From positions 1,536,001 to 1,600,000 of the forward strand of contig OZ242180.1 of the NCBI GenBank assembly GCA_965205485.1: a DNA stretch of 64,000 bases, read 5' to 3'. The position numbers were made by a program, and so were the translations under genes. Numbering within the stretch: position 1 is the stretch's first letter; every line of letters begins with the position of its first letter. Shown piece by piece: positions 49,917 to 59,834 of the stretch. The DNA is from Candidatus Latescibacterota bacterium (GTDB lineage Bacteria > Latescibacterota > UBA2968 > GCA-2709665). A model generated the notes under the pieces. That model saw only the letters and a list, made by a program, of their open reading frames with translations, ran no database searches and was not told the DNA's origin.

Positions 49917-49956
49917 ACCCGATGCCACCTGTGGAATTTACGGCAGGGAGGTGAGA

Positions 49957-51291
49957 ATGGCCGATTTGAAACTGGAAAGGATCGAACGGTGGGCGCCGCA
50001 TCCATCCGCCGCGCCGCTGACTGAGCGGGATGGAAGGACGTTTGCGGCGGCAGCCAATGGTACGCGGACGTGCGTGGGCGGTTGGCAGGCGTTATTCTCG
50101 GGGATCGAACCGGGCCAAACGCTCCGGGCGACCTGGGTAGTGGACTACAGGAGTCTTCAACACCCGAGGGACACGCTTCGATGCAAATCCTATTGGGGAG
50201 AAATGCCGCCTGACGACGCAACGGTACGTACAGATGAAATAAAGGGATGGGACTATCTGCTGCCGGAACCCGTCGGAACGCGAACAATCCGGTTCTCCCG
50301 CACCTTGACCGCGCCCCCGGGCGCCAGCCGGTTGACATTGCGCTGCAGCTTCCGGTGGGCAACCGCGGGCGAGTCCGAGTGGCATCTGCCGGAGCTAGGG
50401 ATTGTCGAGGCGCCCGAAATCCCCGCTGCGGTTAGGGTGGCGGTGGTAACCGGCAGGGCGGGTTCCCGGAAGGGACCCTATACCTCCGTCGCCGAAAACA
50501 TCGACTATTATCTGCCGCTTTGCGAAGCGGCGTGCGTTTCGGGTCCGGACATGATTGTCTTGCCGGAAATTGCCCTTCAGTGGGGGATTTCCGGGAGTCC
50601 CATTGATCTGGCCGTAACGCTGCCCGGACCGGAGACGGAGCCGTTTGCGGACCTTGCACGCCGGCACGGATTGTACCTCCTGCTGGGCCTGATTGAGCGG
50701 GACGGCGACGCGGTTCACAATACGGCGGCGCTGATCGGTCCGGACGGAGCGGTGGACGGAAGGTATCGAAAGGTACATCTGGCCGTGGGCGGCGAGAGCG
50801 AATCCGGGATCCTTCCCGGTGACGGCTTTCCGATGTTCGATACGGTAATTGGCCGAATCGGATGCAATATCTGCATGGACAGTTCGGCCGCGGAGTCCTC
50901 CCGCATGGTGGGACTGAGCGGGGCGGACTTCCTCCTGCTGCCGATCATGGGCGATCACCGCGCCAGCAGATGGAGTCCGGGATCGCCCATATTCAGCGAG
51001 GACCGCTGGAAGGCCATTATGCGAACTCGCGCGATGGACAACCAGGTCTGCATGGTGGTTGCCCGGAATACAACCCAGGGAAGCTGTGTGATTGACAGGA
51101 AGGGTGAAATCCTGGCGTGGAACGAGGGTGACGAGGACCATATTCTGGCAACGGTGGACCTGGCGGACGGGTACCGAACCTGGAACGGGGGGTGTTTCCG
51201 TGAGGTAAATTGGCTGCAGCGCCGTCCGCATCTATATGAGGCGTACAGTGACGAATCGAACCGGGGATCTTTGACGGCCGCCGTGTTTTAG
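49957..51291 (+). CDS. Carbon-nitrogen hydrolase with N-terminal beta-sandwich extension
   Basis: LPE, YRKVH, NICMD (Glu-Lys-Cys triad), RAMDNQ. Confidence 0.88.
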   Translation: MADLKLERIERWAPHPSAAPLTERDGRTFAAAANGTRTCVGGWQALFSGIEPGQTLRATWVVDYRSLQHPRDTLRCKSYWGEMPPDDATVRTDEIKGWDYLLPEPVGTRTIRFSRTLTAPPGASRLTLRCSFRWATAGESEWHLPELGIVEAPEIPAAVRVAVVTGRAGSRKGPYTSVAENIDYYLPLCEAACVSGPDMIVLPEIALQWGISGSPIDLAVTLPGPETEPFADLARRHGLYLLLGLIERDGDAVHNTAALIGPDGAVDGRYRKVHLAVGGESESGILPGDGFPMFDTVIGRIGCNICMDSSAAESSRMVGLSGADFLLLPIMGDHRASRWSPGSPIFSEDRWKAIMRTRAMDNQVCMVVARNTTQGSCVIDRKGEILAWNEGDEDHILATVDLADGYRTWNGGCFREVNWLQRRPHLYEAYSDESNRGSLTAAVF

Positions 51292-51342
51292 CCTCAATTC
51301 CGGTCACCGTAATTGAAGACGAGGGCGGGCGAAGCAGAGATC

Positions 51343-51372
51343 GAGCCCGGCGGAAAATCTGCCGGGCTCTTT
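51343..51372. terminator. Intrinsic terminator hairpin
   Basis: GAGCCCGGCGGA-aaa-TCTGCCGGGCTC-TTT between convergent genes. Confidence 0.6.
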
Positions 51373-51377
51373 CAATG

Positions 51378-52154
51378 TCAGCGAGGTTCTCTGATTCTGA
51401 ACAGCAGAATACCGGCGGCAACGGCCACGTTGAGAGAATTCACGCCTTCTGCCATGGGTATGGAGACGGCCCGGTGGACGCGGTGCTGGAGACCACGGTC
51501 GACACCAAATGTCTCGTTGCCGAACAGAAAAGCGATGCGGCCTTGCTGTTCGATCTCATAGAATGGCGTGCCCCCCAGTCGGGTGGATACAATGCGGACA
51601 TCCCGCTGCCGAAGGTCTTCGATCAGCGCGGGAAGTTCTTCATTTCGAAACACGGGAAGGCGAAAGATGGAACCCCGGGATGCGCGTACAACCTTGGAAT
51701 TATAGAGCTCGACGGAACCTGGAGAGAGGAAAATGCCAGCCGCGCCGGCTGCCTCGGCGGTGCGGAGAACCAGCCCCAGGTTGTTGGGGTCCCGCAGCCG
51801 GTCGAAGAGGATGAGAGGGCCGCTCGCATCCAGGGCCTGTTCCCGGTTATGCGCCATGTATCGTACCACCCCCAGCACGCCTTCGGGATTCTGATGTTCG
51901 CCCATATTTCTGATCGCGCGGCGATCTGTCTGCTGGACGGTTATTTCCCGGCGCAGGGCCTCGCGGTGAAACTCCTGCAGGCGTCCGTCGGCATCGAGCA
52001 TCTCCCGGTCGAATATGAGCTGCACCACCGGCGCGTCTGAACGGAGCGCTTCTTCCACGAGGCGAATGCCTTCGATAACGAACTGACGTTCGCGCTCTCG
52101 CGCCTTGCGATTCCTGATAAGCGCGAGGATTTTGCGGGCGTTTTTTACAGGCAT
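51378..52154 (-). CDS. TrmH/SpoU-family RNA methyltransferase
   Basis: FVIEG, DPNNLG..LRTA, FGNETFG, IPM..GVNSLNVAVA. Confidence 0.92.
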   Translation of the reverse strand: MPVKNARKILALIRNRKARERERQFVIEGIRLVEEALRSDAPVVQLIFDREMLDADGRLQEFHREALRREITVQQTDRRAIRNMGEHQNPEGVLGVVRYMAHNREQALDASGPLILFDRLRDPNNLGLVLRTAEAAGAAGIFLSPGSVELYNSKVVRASRGSIFRLPVFRNEELPALIEDLRQRDVRIVSTRLGGTPFYEIEQQGRIAFLFGNETFGVDRGLQHRVHRAVSIPMAEGVNSLNVAVAAGILLFRIREPR

Positions 52155-52165
52155 AGGAACTCTGA

Positions 52166-52374
52166 GAAGCTGTTTTAAAATTCCTGGTGAGTCCCGAGCG
52201 CGCGCGAAAATGTGTCGGTTATGAGGCGCGAGGGGCGCGCAGCGCCGGCGGGCAAATTCGCCTATGAGAGGCGAGCTAGCGCAGCCTCGATCTCGTACGA
52301 CGGGTGGATTTGACCAACGCAGACCGACGCTTTTGCAGCCGCGCGAAGACCGCTGGGGGTTTTAAGACAGCTTC
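52166..52374. mobile_element. MITE family B, full copy (209 bp), TGA target duplication
   Basis: TGA|GAAGCTGTTTTAAAATT...TTTTAAGACAGCTTC|TGA. Confidence 0.9.
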
Positions 52375-52412
52375 TGAGGCGACGGACAACCGACTGCCGA
52401 TCTTCAGGTCGT

Positions 52413-52583
52413 CTACTGGTGTTCGCCGGAATCGACGTGGGATTTTCGCTCGCGCATGGACTCACGCAACTCCTGAAGTTCGGTCCATATCTCGCGTTCG
52501 CGGCGTCCGAGTCCGATAAAGTAAATGAGTATCACCGCCCATATAATCGCGTAGGCGGCAGCCATGTAACCGAGGTGTTGCAT
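52413..52583 (-). CDS. ccmD: CcmD-family heme exporter protein (56 aa)
   Basis: Manual translation MQHLGYMAAAYAIIWAVILIYFIGLGRREREIWTELQELRESMRERKSHVDSGEHQ; GGAGG RBS; one TM plus charged helix, directly after ccmC. Confidence 0.8.
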   Translation of the reverse strand: MQHLGYMAAAYAIIWAVILIYFIGLGRREREIWTELQELRESMRERKSHVDSGEHQ

Positions 52584-52616
52584 AGGCATCCTCCAGAATT
52601 CCCCCGAATGGTCTGG

Positions 52617-53324
52617 CTAAGTCTGCTGCGCCCGTGATTCCGTAACGCGTAAGCGGGCCTTGAGGGATTCAAGCTCTTCCCGGGCGAGTTCGAGCGAGAC
52701 GCGTCTGGTCAGAATAGCGGCGGCGAGCACAAGAAAAACAGCGGAGCAGAAGACGAACGCGACGAGCATGTCGGTCGGCAGCCCTATTTTCTCCGCCCGC
52801 ACGACCTCAGGATGCTGGGTGCGCCACAGCCGCGTGGAGTAGTGGATGAGCGGTGCGTCGAGAAAACCGATGATACCCAGAACCGCCCGGAATCTGGCGC
52901 TCTGCAGCGGGTCTTCACTGTAACTCTTCAGCATCATGTAAGCGACGAAAATGAGCCAGAGGACCAGCGTGAGGGTCAACTGAGCGTCCCATACCCACCA
53001 GGCCCCCCAGACGGGTTTAGCCCAGATGGGACCGGTAAGGAGCACGAGCGTACAGAAGAGCAGCCCGACCTCCGCGGCGCAGGAAGCCCATATGTCCCAC
53101 CGCTTTTCCGATCGAACGAGGTACAGGATGCTGAAGACGAAGACAAGAAAAAAGGCGGCATACATCGCAAAAGCCGACGGCACGTGAAAGTAGAAGATTT
53201 TCTGGGCAAGGCCCATCTGCCTTTCCACGCTCGCGTACACGAGCGCGAGCCAGGGCGCAACCAGCATACCGATCAGCGCCAGCACGCCCAGGATACGGGA
53301 CCACAGATACAGTTGTTTCCCCAT
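52617..53324 (-). CDS. ccmC: Heme exporter CcmC
   Basis: IFYFHVPSA, WAKPVWGAWWVWD (WWD motif), WRTQHP. Confidence 0.92.
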   Translation of the reverse strand: MGKQLYLWSRILGVLALIGMLVAPWLALVYASVERQMGLAQKIFYFHVPSAFAMYAAFFLVFVFSILYLVRSEKRWDIWASCAAEVGLLFCTLVLLTGPIWAKPVWGAWWVWDAQLTLTLVLWLIFVAYMMLKSYSEDPLQSARFRAVLGIIGFLDAPLIHYSTRLWRTQHPEVVRAEKIGLPTDMLVAFVFCSAVFLVLAAAILTRRVSLELAREELESLKARLRVTESRAQQT

Positions 53325-53325
53325 G

Positions 53326-54066
53326 TCATTCCTCGATCACATAATCGAACAAGAGTACGCATGCGGCCACGAACAGAAGGGCGAATGCACCGCCGATATG
53401 GATCCAGGGGGAAATATCGGATAGAGAATCGCCAGCCAGCACGGCCCGGAACGATTCGACGGCCGCGAGCAGGGCCGGGACCAGGACGGGAAGGGTGAGC
53501 ATCGGCAGCAGGGCTTCCTGGAGGCGGGTCCTGATCGACATCGCTGCGAAAAGGGTGCCCACGGCCGCGAATCCGAGGGTCCCCAGCAACAGCCCGGGAA
53601 GCAGTCGGGGCAGGTGTTGCCAGACGGCGATATTCAGAAAAACGACCATAAGCGGAAGGATCAGGGCTTCCAGAAAAAGCATTGCGCACAGATTCGCCAG
53701 CATTTTGCCCAGGTAGATCGCGCCTCGATCGGCGGGAGAAAGCAGAAGGCCCGTCAGGCAGTCGTTTTCACGTTCCGATACGAAGGAGCGCGTCAGGCCC
53801 ATGAATCCGGCAAACGTTACGGCGATCCAGAAAATGCCGGGCGCGGCGCTCCCAATCGTCTCCGAGTCCGGCGTTAAGGCGAAATTAAAGACCAGAAGCA
53901 CCAGAAACGCGAAAAAGCACATCGCGCTGAGACGCTCTTTCGTGCGAACCTCGGTCTTGAAGTCTTTCCAGAAAACTGCTGAAACCTGACGGAAGAAGAG
54001 GGCCAAAGGCGCTCCCGTTCCCGCGTTGCGCCCGACATCGGAAATCGACGGATCCCTGTTCCGCAC
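53326..54066 (-). CDS. ccmB: Heme exporter CcmB
   Basis: WKD...E.R, RSFVSERE, IYLGK, LLPMLTLPV; start may be further downstream. Confidence 0.88.
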   Translation of the reverse strand: MRNRDPSISDVGRNAGTGAPLALFFRQVSAVFWKDFKTEVRTKERLSAMCFFAFLVLLVFNFALTPDSETIGSAAPGIFWIAVTFAGFMGLTRSFVSERENDCLTGLLLSPADRGAIYLGKMLANLCAMLFLEALILPLMVVFLNIAVWQHLPRLLPGLLLGTLGFAAVGTLFAAMSIRTRLQEALLPMLTLPVLVPALLAAVESFRAVLAGDSLSDISPWIHIGGAFALLFVAACVLLFDYVIEE

Positions 54067-54807
54067 TTATTCTGATGCCGGGATTGCGGAAGGATGTAGG
54101 GTTAGGGCTTTCTCGTAACGATGTGCCAGGCTCTCGATCGACTGTCCGTCGGTTTCTCCCGCCGCGACAAAACGCCCACGGTTCAGGATCGCGAAACGAT
54201 CCGCAAGATCCAGACAGCGTTGCAGATCGTGGGTCACCAGTATGACCGTACGGCCCTCCCGCCGAAGCTGGCGCAACCGCTCGCTCAACATGGCGCACGC
54301 GGCCGCGTCCAGCCCCGCGAACGGCTCGTCGAGAAGAAGAATCGCGGGCTGGTGCAGCGTGGCCCTGGCAACGGCGAGGCGCTGCTTCATGCCCCTCGAA
54401 AACCCGCGGACCCGGTCGTGTTCCCTGCCGGAAAGACCCACCTCCGCCAGCGCCTGACGCACGCGTTCTTTCAGGTCGCCCAGACCGTACAGACGGCCAT
54501 AGAAGCGCAGGTTCTCACCTGCGGTCAGGTCTTCGTAGAGAAGGGTCTGGTGCGAGATGAGTCCGATGTCCGCCCGTACGCGCTCCGGCTCTTTGCGTGC
54601 GTCCACGCCCCGAATGAATATCCGGCCGTGCGTGGGTCTGGTGAGGGTCGCAACAACCCGCAGGAGGGTCGACTTGCCTGCCCCGTTCGGGCCCAGAAGC
54701 GCAAGAGCGCCGCTCGGAATATCGAGGTCGATGCCGTCCAGGGCGGCGATGCGGCCGAACCGTTTTTGCACGTTTTGCAGAACGATGGCCGGAGCGGACG
54801 AGGCCAC
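54067..54807 (-). CDS. ccmA: Heme ABC exporter ATPase CcmA
   Basis: GPNGAGKST, FSRGMKQR, LLLDEPF, VTH; ccm context. Confidence 0.88.
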   Translation of the reverse strand: MASSAPAIVLQNVQKRFGRIAALDGIDLDIPSGALALLGPNGAGKSTLLRVVATLTRPTHGRIFIRGVDARKEPERVRADIGLISHQTLLYEDLTAGENLRFYGRLYGLGDLKERVRQALAEVGLSGREHDRVRGFSRGMKQRLAVARATLHQPAILLLDEPFAGLDAAACAMLSERLRQLRREGRTVILVTHDLQRCLDLADRFAILNRGRFVAAGETDGQSIESLAHRYEKALTLHPSAIPASE

Positions 54808-54812
54808 GACGC

Positions 54813-55907
54813 CTATTCCTTGCCGTCCAAGACGCGCGTCATTTCGACAAGCTCCGCTTTAAATGCATTTCGCCGGGCCCGGTATTCTTCCTCCGGGAGG
54901 CGCCCCTTCTCGTACCGGTCATCCAGATCCGCGATCTGGTGCATCAGGGCGGTCCTGCGCGCCCGGAGGTCCGGCGCGCCATCGGCAGGCGCTCGCGCGG
55001 AGGAACCCGTCTTTCCGGCCGACCGGAAGAAGATGGCAAGCAGTGCGAAAGCGATCGCCAGCCCAATCAGCACCCACCTGATGCCGATATCGCTCGACAA
55101 AGTAGAAAACGACCACGGCGACGTGTTTATTTCCAGGTCGATCCGGTCGCCCCGGTTGAAACCGGCACCCGAGAACCTTCTAAAGCTGTGTTGTTCGCCC
55201 GGGACTTCACCCCTGTCCTGGAGTGCGCCCGCGGTGACGTCCACGTCCGCGGGACCCACAAAGACTTCCACGGACTTCGTGGGATAACTCAAGGTCTGCG
55301 CCAGTCGCCCCGAGGCGGGCAGGTCGAAGGCAAATAGCAACTGGCTGTGACCCGGACGAACGGGATCCGGATTCACGAGAATTCTGCCGTGGGTGTGAAG
55401 TCCCTGCGGGCCGTCCCTCACTTCCGTCACGCCGTCGGGCAGGAGAATCTCCAGGCCGTGGCCATGTCCCCCGCCGGTCCTGAACGTTCGGTTGCCACTG
55501 TTCTTTACGATCAGGATCTGTTCAACCCGCTTTTCGGCCGCGTCGACGATGATGTGGTGAGAGACAACGGAGAGAGCGGTGTCCGAGCCGGTGGTTTCGT
55601 AGACGGCGATTTCATTGGGGCCGTCCGATAGACGCTGGTGGTAATTTACGCCCGCATAGGATGCCAAAAGAAACCAGAGCGCGCCATCGCTTCCAGCGTC
55701 CCGGAACGAGAATCTGCCGTGACTATCGGTGGTGTCCTGACCGACGATTTCAGGTTCGGCGGCCTGGCGAACCAGCAATACCACGCAGTCGTTCTGAGGG
55801 CTGGAAAGCGTCTCATTGATGACGCGGCCAACAACCAGGCCATTCGCAGGGACGGCGTGCGAAAGACCGATCAGCACAAAGGCGAAGCAGCGGAGACGTA
55901 TGCTCAT
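54813..55907 (-). CDS. Periplasmic beta-sandwich membrane protein with CcmI-like C-terminal motif
   Basis: Signal peptide, TTDSHGRFSF, TM, then IADLDDRYEKGRLPEEEY. Confidence 0.7.
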   Translation of the reverse strand: MSIRLRCFAFVLIGLSHAVPANGLVVGRVINETLSSPQNDCVVLLVRQAAEPEIVGQDTTDSHGRFSFRDAGSDGALWFLLASYAGVNYHQRLSDGPNEIAVYETTGSDTALSVVSHHIIVDAAEKRVEQILIVKNSGNRTFRTGGGHGHGLEILLPDGVTEVRDGPQGLHTHGRILVNPDPVRPGHSQLLFAFDLPASGRLAQTLSYPTKSVEVFVGPADVDVTAGALQDRGEVPGEQHSFRRFSGAGFNRGDRIDLEINTSPWSFSTLSSDIGIRWVLIGLAIAFALLAIFFRSAGKTGSSARAPADGAPDLRARRTALMHQIADLDDRYEKGRLPEEEYRARRNAFKAELVEMTRVLDGKE

Positions 55908-55992
55908 GGGTGTGATTCCGCGAGGGCCCTTTCGCATTGAGGACAGAAGCGAGCGCCCTCCGGCGTTGCGCGCCCGCACCGGGCGCAGTGGA

Positions 55993-56331
55993 TCATGTCT
56001 TTTTCCTGAGTGCGGCGATTTGCTCTTCGATGCGGTCCTCGATTTTCTTCGTGGGACCGGCGGTTTCCTCGATAGCCCGCATCAGTTCCACGGCCCTGTT
56101 CTCGTAGCGTGAGCGGGTTGCGCGATAGTCGTCCTCTTCCACCTTCCCCATGCGATGGTCGAAATCCAGTTCGCGGATGGCGTCAAAGAGGGCTTCCCGT
56201 TCCTCAATGAGCTGGTTTCCACCACCGGGTCCGGCATCCGTCTCTCCAATCCGGCCCCTCGCGGTAAGGAACGGACGGAACAGGAAGATGCAGACAGCCG
56301 CGACAATGACGATGCAGACCGCGACGCTCAC
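55993..56331 (-). CDS. CcmI N-terminal-like small membrane protein
   Basis: TM ending RPF, then IRELDFDHRMGKVEEDDY. Confidence 0.7.
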   Translation of the reverse strand: MSVAVCIVIVAAVCIFLFRPFLTARGRIGETDAGPGGGNQLIEEREALFDAIRELDFDHRMGKVEEDDYRATRSRYENRAVELMRAIEETAGPTKKIEDRIEEQIAALRKKT

Positions 56332-56792
56332 AGTTCCCGCTCCCTGAGTTCCCTCTCGAGCCTTTGTCTGTACGGATCGCCGGCCTCTGTCTCCGGTACC
56401 CGGCCGGCTGCGGGATCTATATGTCGACGCGACCAGTTACGCAACACGACCCCCAGCATTACGGCGCCGAGCAGCAGAACCACAATGGGCATAATCCAGG
56501 CGGAAAGGTTGAAGCCCTCGGCGGGGGGCGTCACGTAGGCTTCCTGCCCGAATTCCGCAACAAAGCCCGCGATGATGGCTTCCCTGTCCTTACCCGCTTC
56601 CAGTGCTTCGGCAATGCGCGTTCTCTTTTGATCCGCCCAGCCGCATTCGCACTCGTCCAGCGGACGTCTGGGACACGTGCCGCAGAGACAGGCGAGGCCC
56701 TTTGCCACCTCTCTCACCCGTTCCTGCGACACTTCGGCGGTTACCGAGCCCGTGATCGGGAGAAGCAGGAGCGCAGGGAGGATCAACCTCAT
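56328..56792 (-). CDS. ccmH: Cytochrome c biogenesis protein CcmH
   Basis: Start reassigned to 56792 (upstream ORF part is MITE); LACLCGTC, FV.EFG, PPAEGFNLSAWIMP. Confidence 0.85.
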   Translation of the reverse strand: MRLILPALLLLPITGSVTAEVSQERVREVAKGLACLCGTCPRRPLDECECGWADQKRTRIAEALEAGKDREAIIAGFVAEFGQEAYVTPPAEGFNLSAWIMPIVVLLLGAVMLGVVLRNWSRRHIDPAAGRVPETEAGDPYRQRLERELREREL

Positions 56793-56887
56793 CACATGAA
56801 CGGAAAGCCGGGAAAAGACCGCACCGGCTGTCTCCCGCGTCCCGAATGCGATTGATTGTTTGATCTTCTTCAGGTTGAATCCCTTCA

Positions 56888-57073
56888 GGAGTTGGTTTAA
56901 AACTCCCAGTGCGTTCCCGAGCGCGAGCGAAAGGGTGTCGGGCAAGGCGGGCGAATTCGCACAAGAGAGGCGAGCGAGCGCAGCCTCGACCTCTCGATAC
57001 TGGTGAATTTGGCCAACGCAGCCCGACGCGTTTGCAGCCGCGCGAAGACCGCTGGTAGTTTTCATCCAGCTCC
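56888..57073. mobile_element. MITE family B, diverged copy (186 bp)
   Basis: TCA|GGAGTTGGTTTAAAACT...AGTTTTCATCCAGCTCC|TTA; shares GAGAGGCGAGC, GCAGCCTCGA and TTGCAGCCGCGCGAAGACCGCTGG with other copies. Confidence 0.85.
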
Positions 57074-59056
57074 TTAAGATGCGGCAGGGAACCGGACGGT
57101 ACGTCCGCGCCTGTGACGTTCCCGCCGGTCGGGCAGGATGGCGATCACCGTCCCGAGCGTGAGAACCCATGCGCCTATCCACACCCACATCACGAGGGGA
57201 TTGACGTAGATCCTGAACATGGCGGCGCCGTCGAGGTCCGGGCCCTCATACAGGACATAGAGGTCTTCGCGCAGGCTGGAACGGACGGCGACTTCGGTCG
57301 TTCGCTGCTGGTCCTTTCGCTTGTAGTAGACGTGCTGCTCCGGCCACATTGTACCCAGGCGTTCGTCCCCCCGGAACACGCCCAGTTGGGTCTGTATTAC
57401 GACGGTGAGCGGATTCCGGGTCTGGGACGAGCCTTCGTACACGAGTCGGTATTTCCCGAGGGTCGCGGACTCGCCATGCTTCAGTGCCGCCTCGATTTCC
57501 CTGTTGAACGCGTTTCCGGTGAATCCGAAGAAGAGGAGGACGACGCCGAAGTGGACGATGTATCCGCCGTAACGCCGGCGGTTTCGGACGGTGAGCGACC
57601 AGAGTGCTTTGAGATACGGATCCTTTGAACTGCTTCCCCGCGCCTTCGCGCCTCTGTGAAACTCGGATGCAATGGCGCCCGTTACGAAGCCGCAAAGCGT
57701 AAATGAGATCAGCGCGTACAGTTCGCGCGCGCCAAGGGCAAATGCCGCGGCGCCGCAGATGAGACCGAAGATGCCCGGCCCGGCGAAGTGCTTTTTCAGG
57801 CTGCGCGCCGACGTCTTCCGCCAGGCCAGCAGCGGTCCGACGCCCGTCAACAGGAGAAGAAGCAGACCGATGGGCGTCATAACGGTGCTGAAAAAGGGGG
57901 GACCAACGGTGACTTTGGAGCCGGTGACGGCTTCGGAGAGTACAGGGAACATCACGCCCCAGAACACCGCAAAAGCGGCGGTGAGGAAAAGCAGATTGTT
58001 GAGGAGAAATCCGCCTTCCCGGGAGACCGGAGATTCGTATTCGTTTCTGCTCTCGAGCAATGCCCTCCTCCGCCACAGGATGCCCGCGGAGAAGACCACG
58101 ATTACCGCCAGGAAATAGAGGAATACGTCACCGATCGGCGACTGGGCGAATGCGTGCACCGAGGAAACCAGGCCGCTGCGGGTCAGGAAAGTGCCATAGA
58201 TGCACAGCGTAAAGGTGAGAATGACGAGCGCCATGTTCCAGACTTTGAGCATCCCCTTCTTTTCCTGGATCATGACCGAGTGAAGAAATGCGGTACCCGT
58301 GAGCCAGGGAAGCAGAGCGGCGTTTTCAACCGGGTCCCAACCCCAGTACCCGCCCCATCCCAGGACCACGTAGGCCCAGTTGCCGCCCAGAAGCTGCCCG
58401 GTCCCCAGGAAAAACCAGGGCCAGATGGTCCAGCGCCGGGTGGTGCGGATCCACTCCTCGTCCACCTGCCTGCTCAGGAGCGCGGCCATCGCAAACGCGT
58501 ACGGCACGATGAATCCCACATAACCGAGATACAGCATGGGAGGGTGAATGGCCATGGCCGGATGGACGAGCAGCGGATTCATGCCCTGGCCGTCGGCCGC
58601 CGTGAAGCCGAGTTCGCGGAAAGGATTCTCGTAATATCCGATGAGGACGAGGAAGAAGACCTGGGTGAGCGACATCACGACGGTCGCGTAGGAGGCGAGC
58701 GCGCCCCGGAACCTGCGGGTATTGCGCGTGGCGAAGAAATTGAAACCGGCCAGAATAAAGGCCCACAGCAGGAGCGAGCCTTCCATGCCCGACCAGACCG
58801 CTGTGAACTTGTAGGGCAACGGCAGGTCGCGGCTGGAATGGCCGGCCACGTAGTGGAGGTCGAAGCGGTCGGTCAGAAAAAAGGACTCCAGCAGCCCGAA
58901 GGCCGCCAGAATCATCAGAAAAGTGGCGGTAACGGCGCGTTCCGCGCTGAGCGCGAGATTCAGACTGCCGGACCGGCCCGCCAGAACGCCCGCCGCTGCC
59001 GCGTAGAGGGAAGTGACAACCGAGAACCAGATGAGAAAGTTGCCGAATTCAGCCAT
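57074..59056 (-). CDS. ccmF: Heme lyase CcmF
   Basis: W.GMEGSLLLW, HPPMLYLGY, WGGYWGWDPVEN, FLTRSG..SVHAF. Confidence 0.96.
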   Translation of the reverse strand: MAEFGNFLIWFSVVTSLYAAAAGVLAGRSGSLNLALSAERAVTATFLMILAAFGLLESFFLTDRFDLHYVAGHSSRDLPLPYKFTAVWSGMEGSLLLWAFILAGFNFFATRNTRRFRGALASYATVVMSLTQVFFLVLIGYYENPFRELGFTAADGQGMNPLLVHPAMAIHPPMLYLGYVGFIVPYAFAMAALLSRQVDEEWIRTTRRWTIWPWFFLGTGQLLGGNWAYVVLGWGGYWGWDPVENAALLPWLTGTAFLHSVMIQEKKGMLKVWNMALVILTFTLCIYGTFLTRSGLVSSVHAFAQSPIGDVFLYFLAVIVVFSAGILWRRRALLESRNEYESPVSREGGFLLNNLLFLTAAFAVFWGVMFPVLSEAVTGSKVTVGPPFFSTVMTPIGLLLLLLTGVGPLLAWRKTSARSLKKHFAGPGIFGLICGAAAFALGARELYALISFTLCGFVTGAIASEFHRGAKARGSSSKDPYLKALWSLTVRNRRRYGGYIVHFGVVLLFFGFTGNAFNREIEAALKHGESATLGKYRLVYEGSSQTRNPLTVVIQTQLGVFRGDERLGTMWPEQHVYYKRKDQQRTTEVAVRSSLREDLYVLYEGPDLDGAAMFRIYVNPLVMWVWIGAWVLTLGTVIAILPDRRERHRRGRTVRFPAAS

Positions 59057-59103
59057 CGTCAGAGCCGCGGGTCATCGGACGACCCGGCTTTCCTGGTTGG
59101 GGA

Positions 59104-59541
59104 TTACCGGCTGTAAGATTCCTTGATTTCTTCGTAGGATTGACCTTCATATTTGGAAGGACACTTGGCCAGCAGGGTATCGGCGCGGAAGCGGCCGTTC
59201 CCGCCGACTTCACCTTCCAGGACCACGTCGGCTTCGTCTCTGAAGGTGTCCGGCACGATGCCCGCGTAGACCACCTGTCGTTTCGTCGAAAAGGCGTCTC
59301 CCTCCAGGGGTTCCCAGATCTCGAACTCGACAATACGGTCCGGAAGTTTCCGTATCGTGCCGGGCGTGACCTTGCCTGCCAGTTTGATGCGTTTATTCAC
59401 AAACTCGGTTTCCCGGGCTTCCAATTCGGTAACGGTGAGGTAATACATCGCCATTTTCTGAGAACTGCTTATAACCAGGAAGATCAGGCACGCGACGATC
59501 ACCGCGAATCCCGAGATGAATTTGACCTTTCGGACCGTCAT
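59104..59541 (-). CDS. ccmE: Heme chaperone CcmE (CxxxY variant)
   Basis: YYLT, Y.GIVPDTFR, VVLEG, LLAKCPSKY. Confidence 0.92.
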   Translation of the reverse strand: MTVRKVKFISGFAVIVACLIFLVISSSQKMAMYYLTVTELEARETEFVNKRIKLAGKVTPGTIRKLPDRIVEFEIWEPLEGDAFSTKRQVVYAGIVPDTFRDEADVVLEGEVGGNGRFRADTLLAKCPSKYEGQSYEEIKESYSR

Positions 59542-59834
59542 AGTTGGAGTTCCAGGAATTGAAATCGCTTATGAAATCCCTCGGCCGCCGTTGTCGGCAT
59601 CGGCATTCGGACCCGTGTTTCAATGCGCCTCAGGGAGGCGGGACGGGCTTTCCGGACGAAGCCCGGCCGCCTGTGAAATATAAATAAGAACGACGCATTA
59701 TCCACACAAAAAAGGCGTTTGCGCGGTTTATCGGCGATTCGCGCCAAGGTCCGGCACCAGTCCAAGTCAGGGATCGCGGCCCCTACGCGACTCGAGGAGT
59801 CGGAGACGCTTCGTGAGCCGTTAAAAGGCAATTA

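Noticed and set aside
54843..54854. TTCGACAAGCTC match to the nested repeat family
   Set aside because: Inside a CDS (encodes ELVE) with no partner arm.
56793..57188. N-terminal extensions of ccmH, eda, dctM and the 30358 ORF in the track
   Set aside because: They are read-through of MITEs or overlapping genes; better starts lie downstream.
59698..59706. DnaA box (TTATCCACA) as an oriC sign
   Set aside because: Single box with no cluster and no dnaA context.
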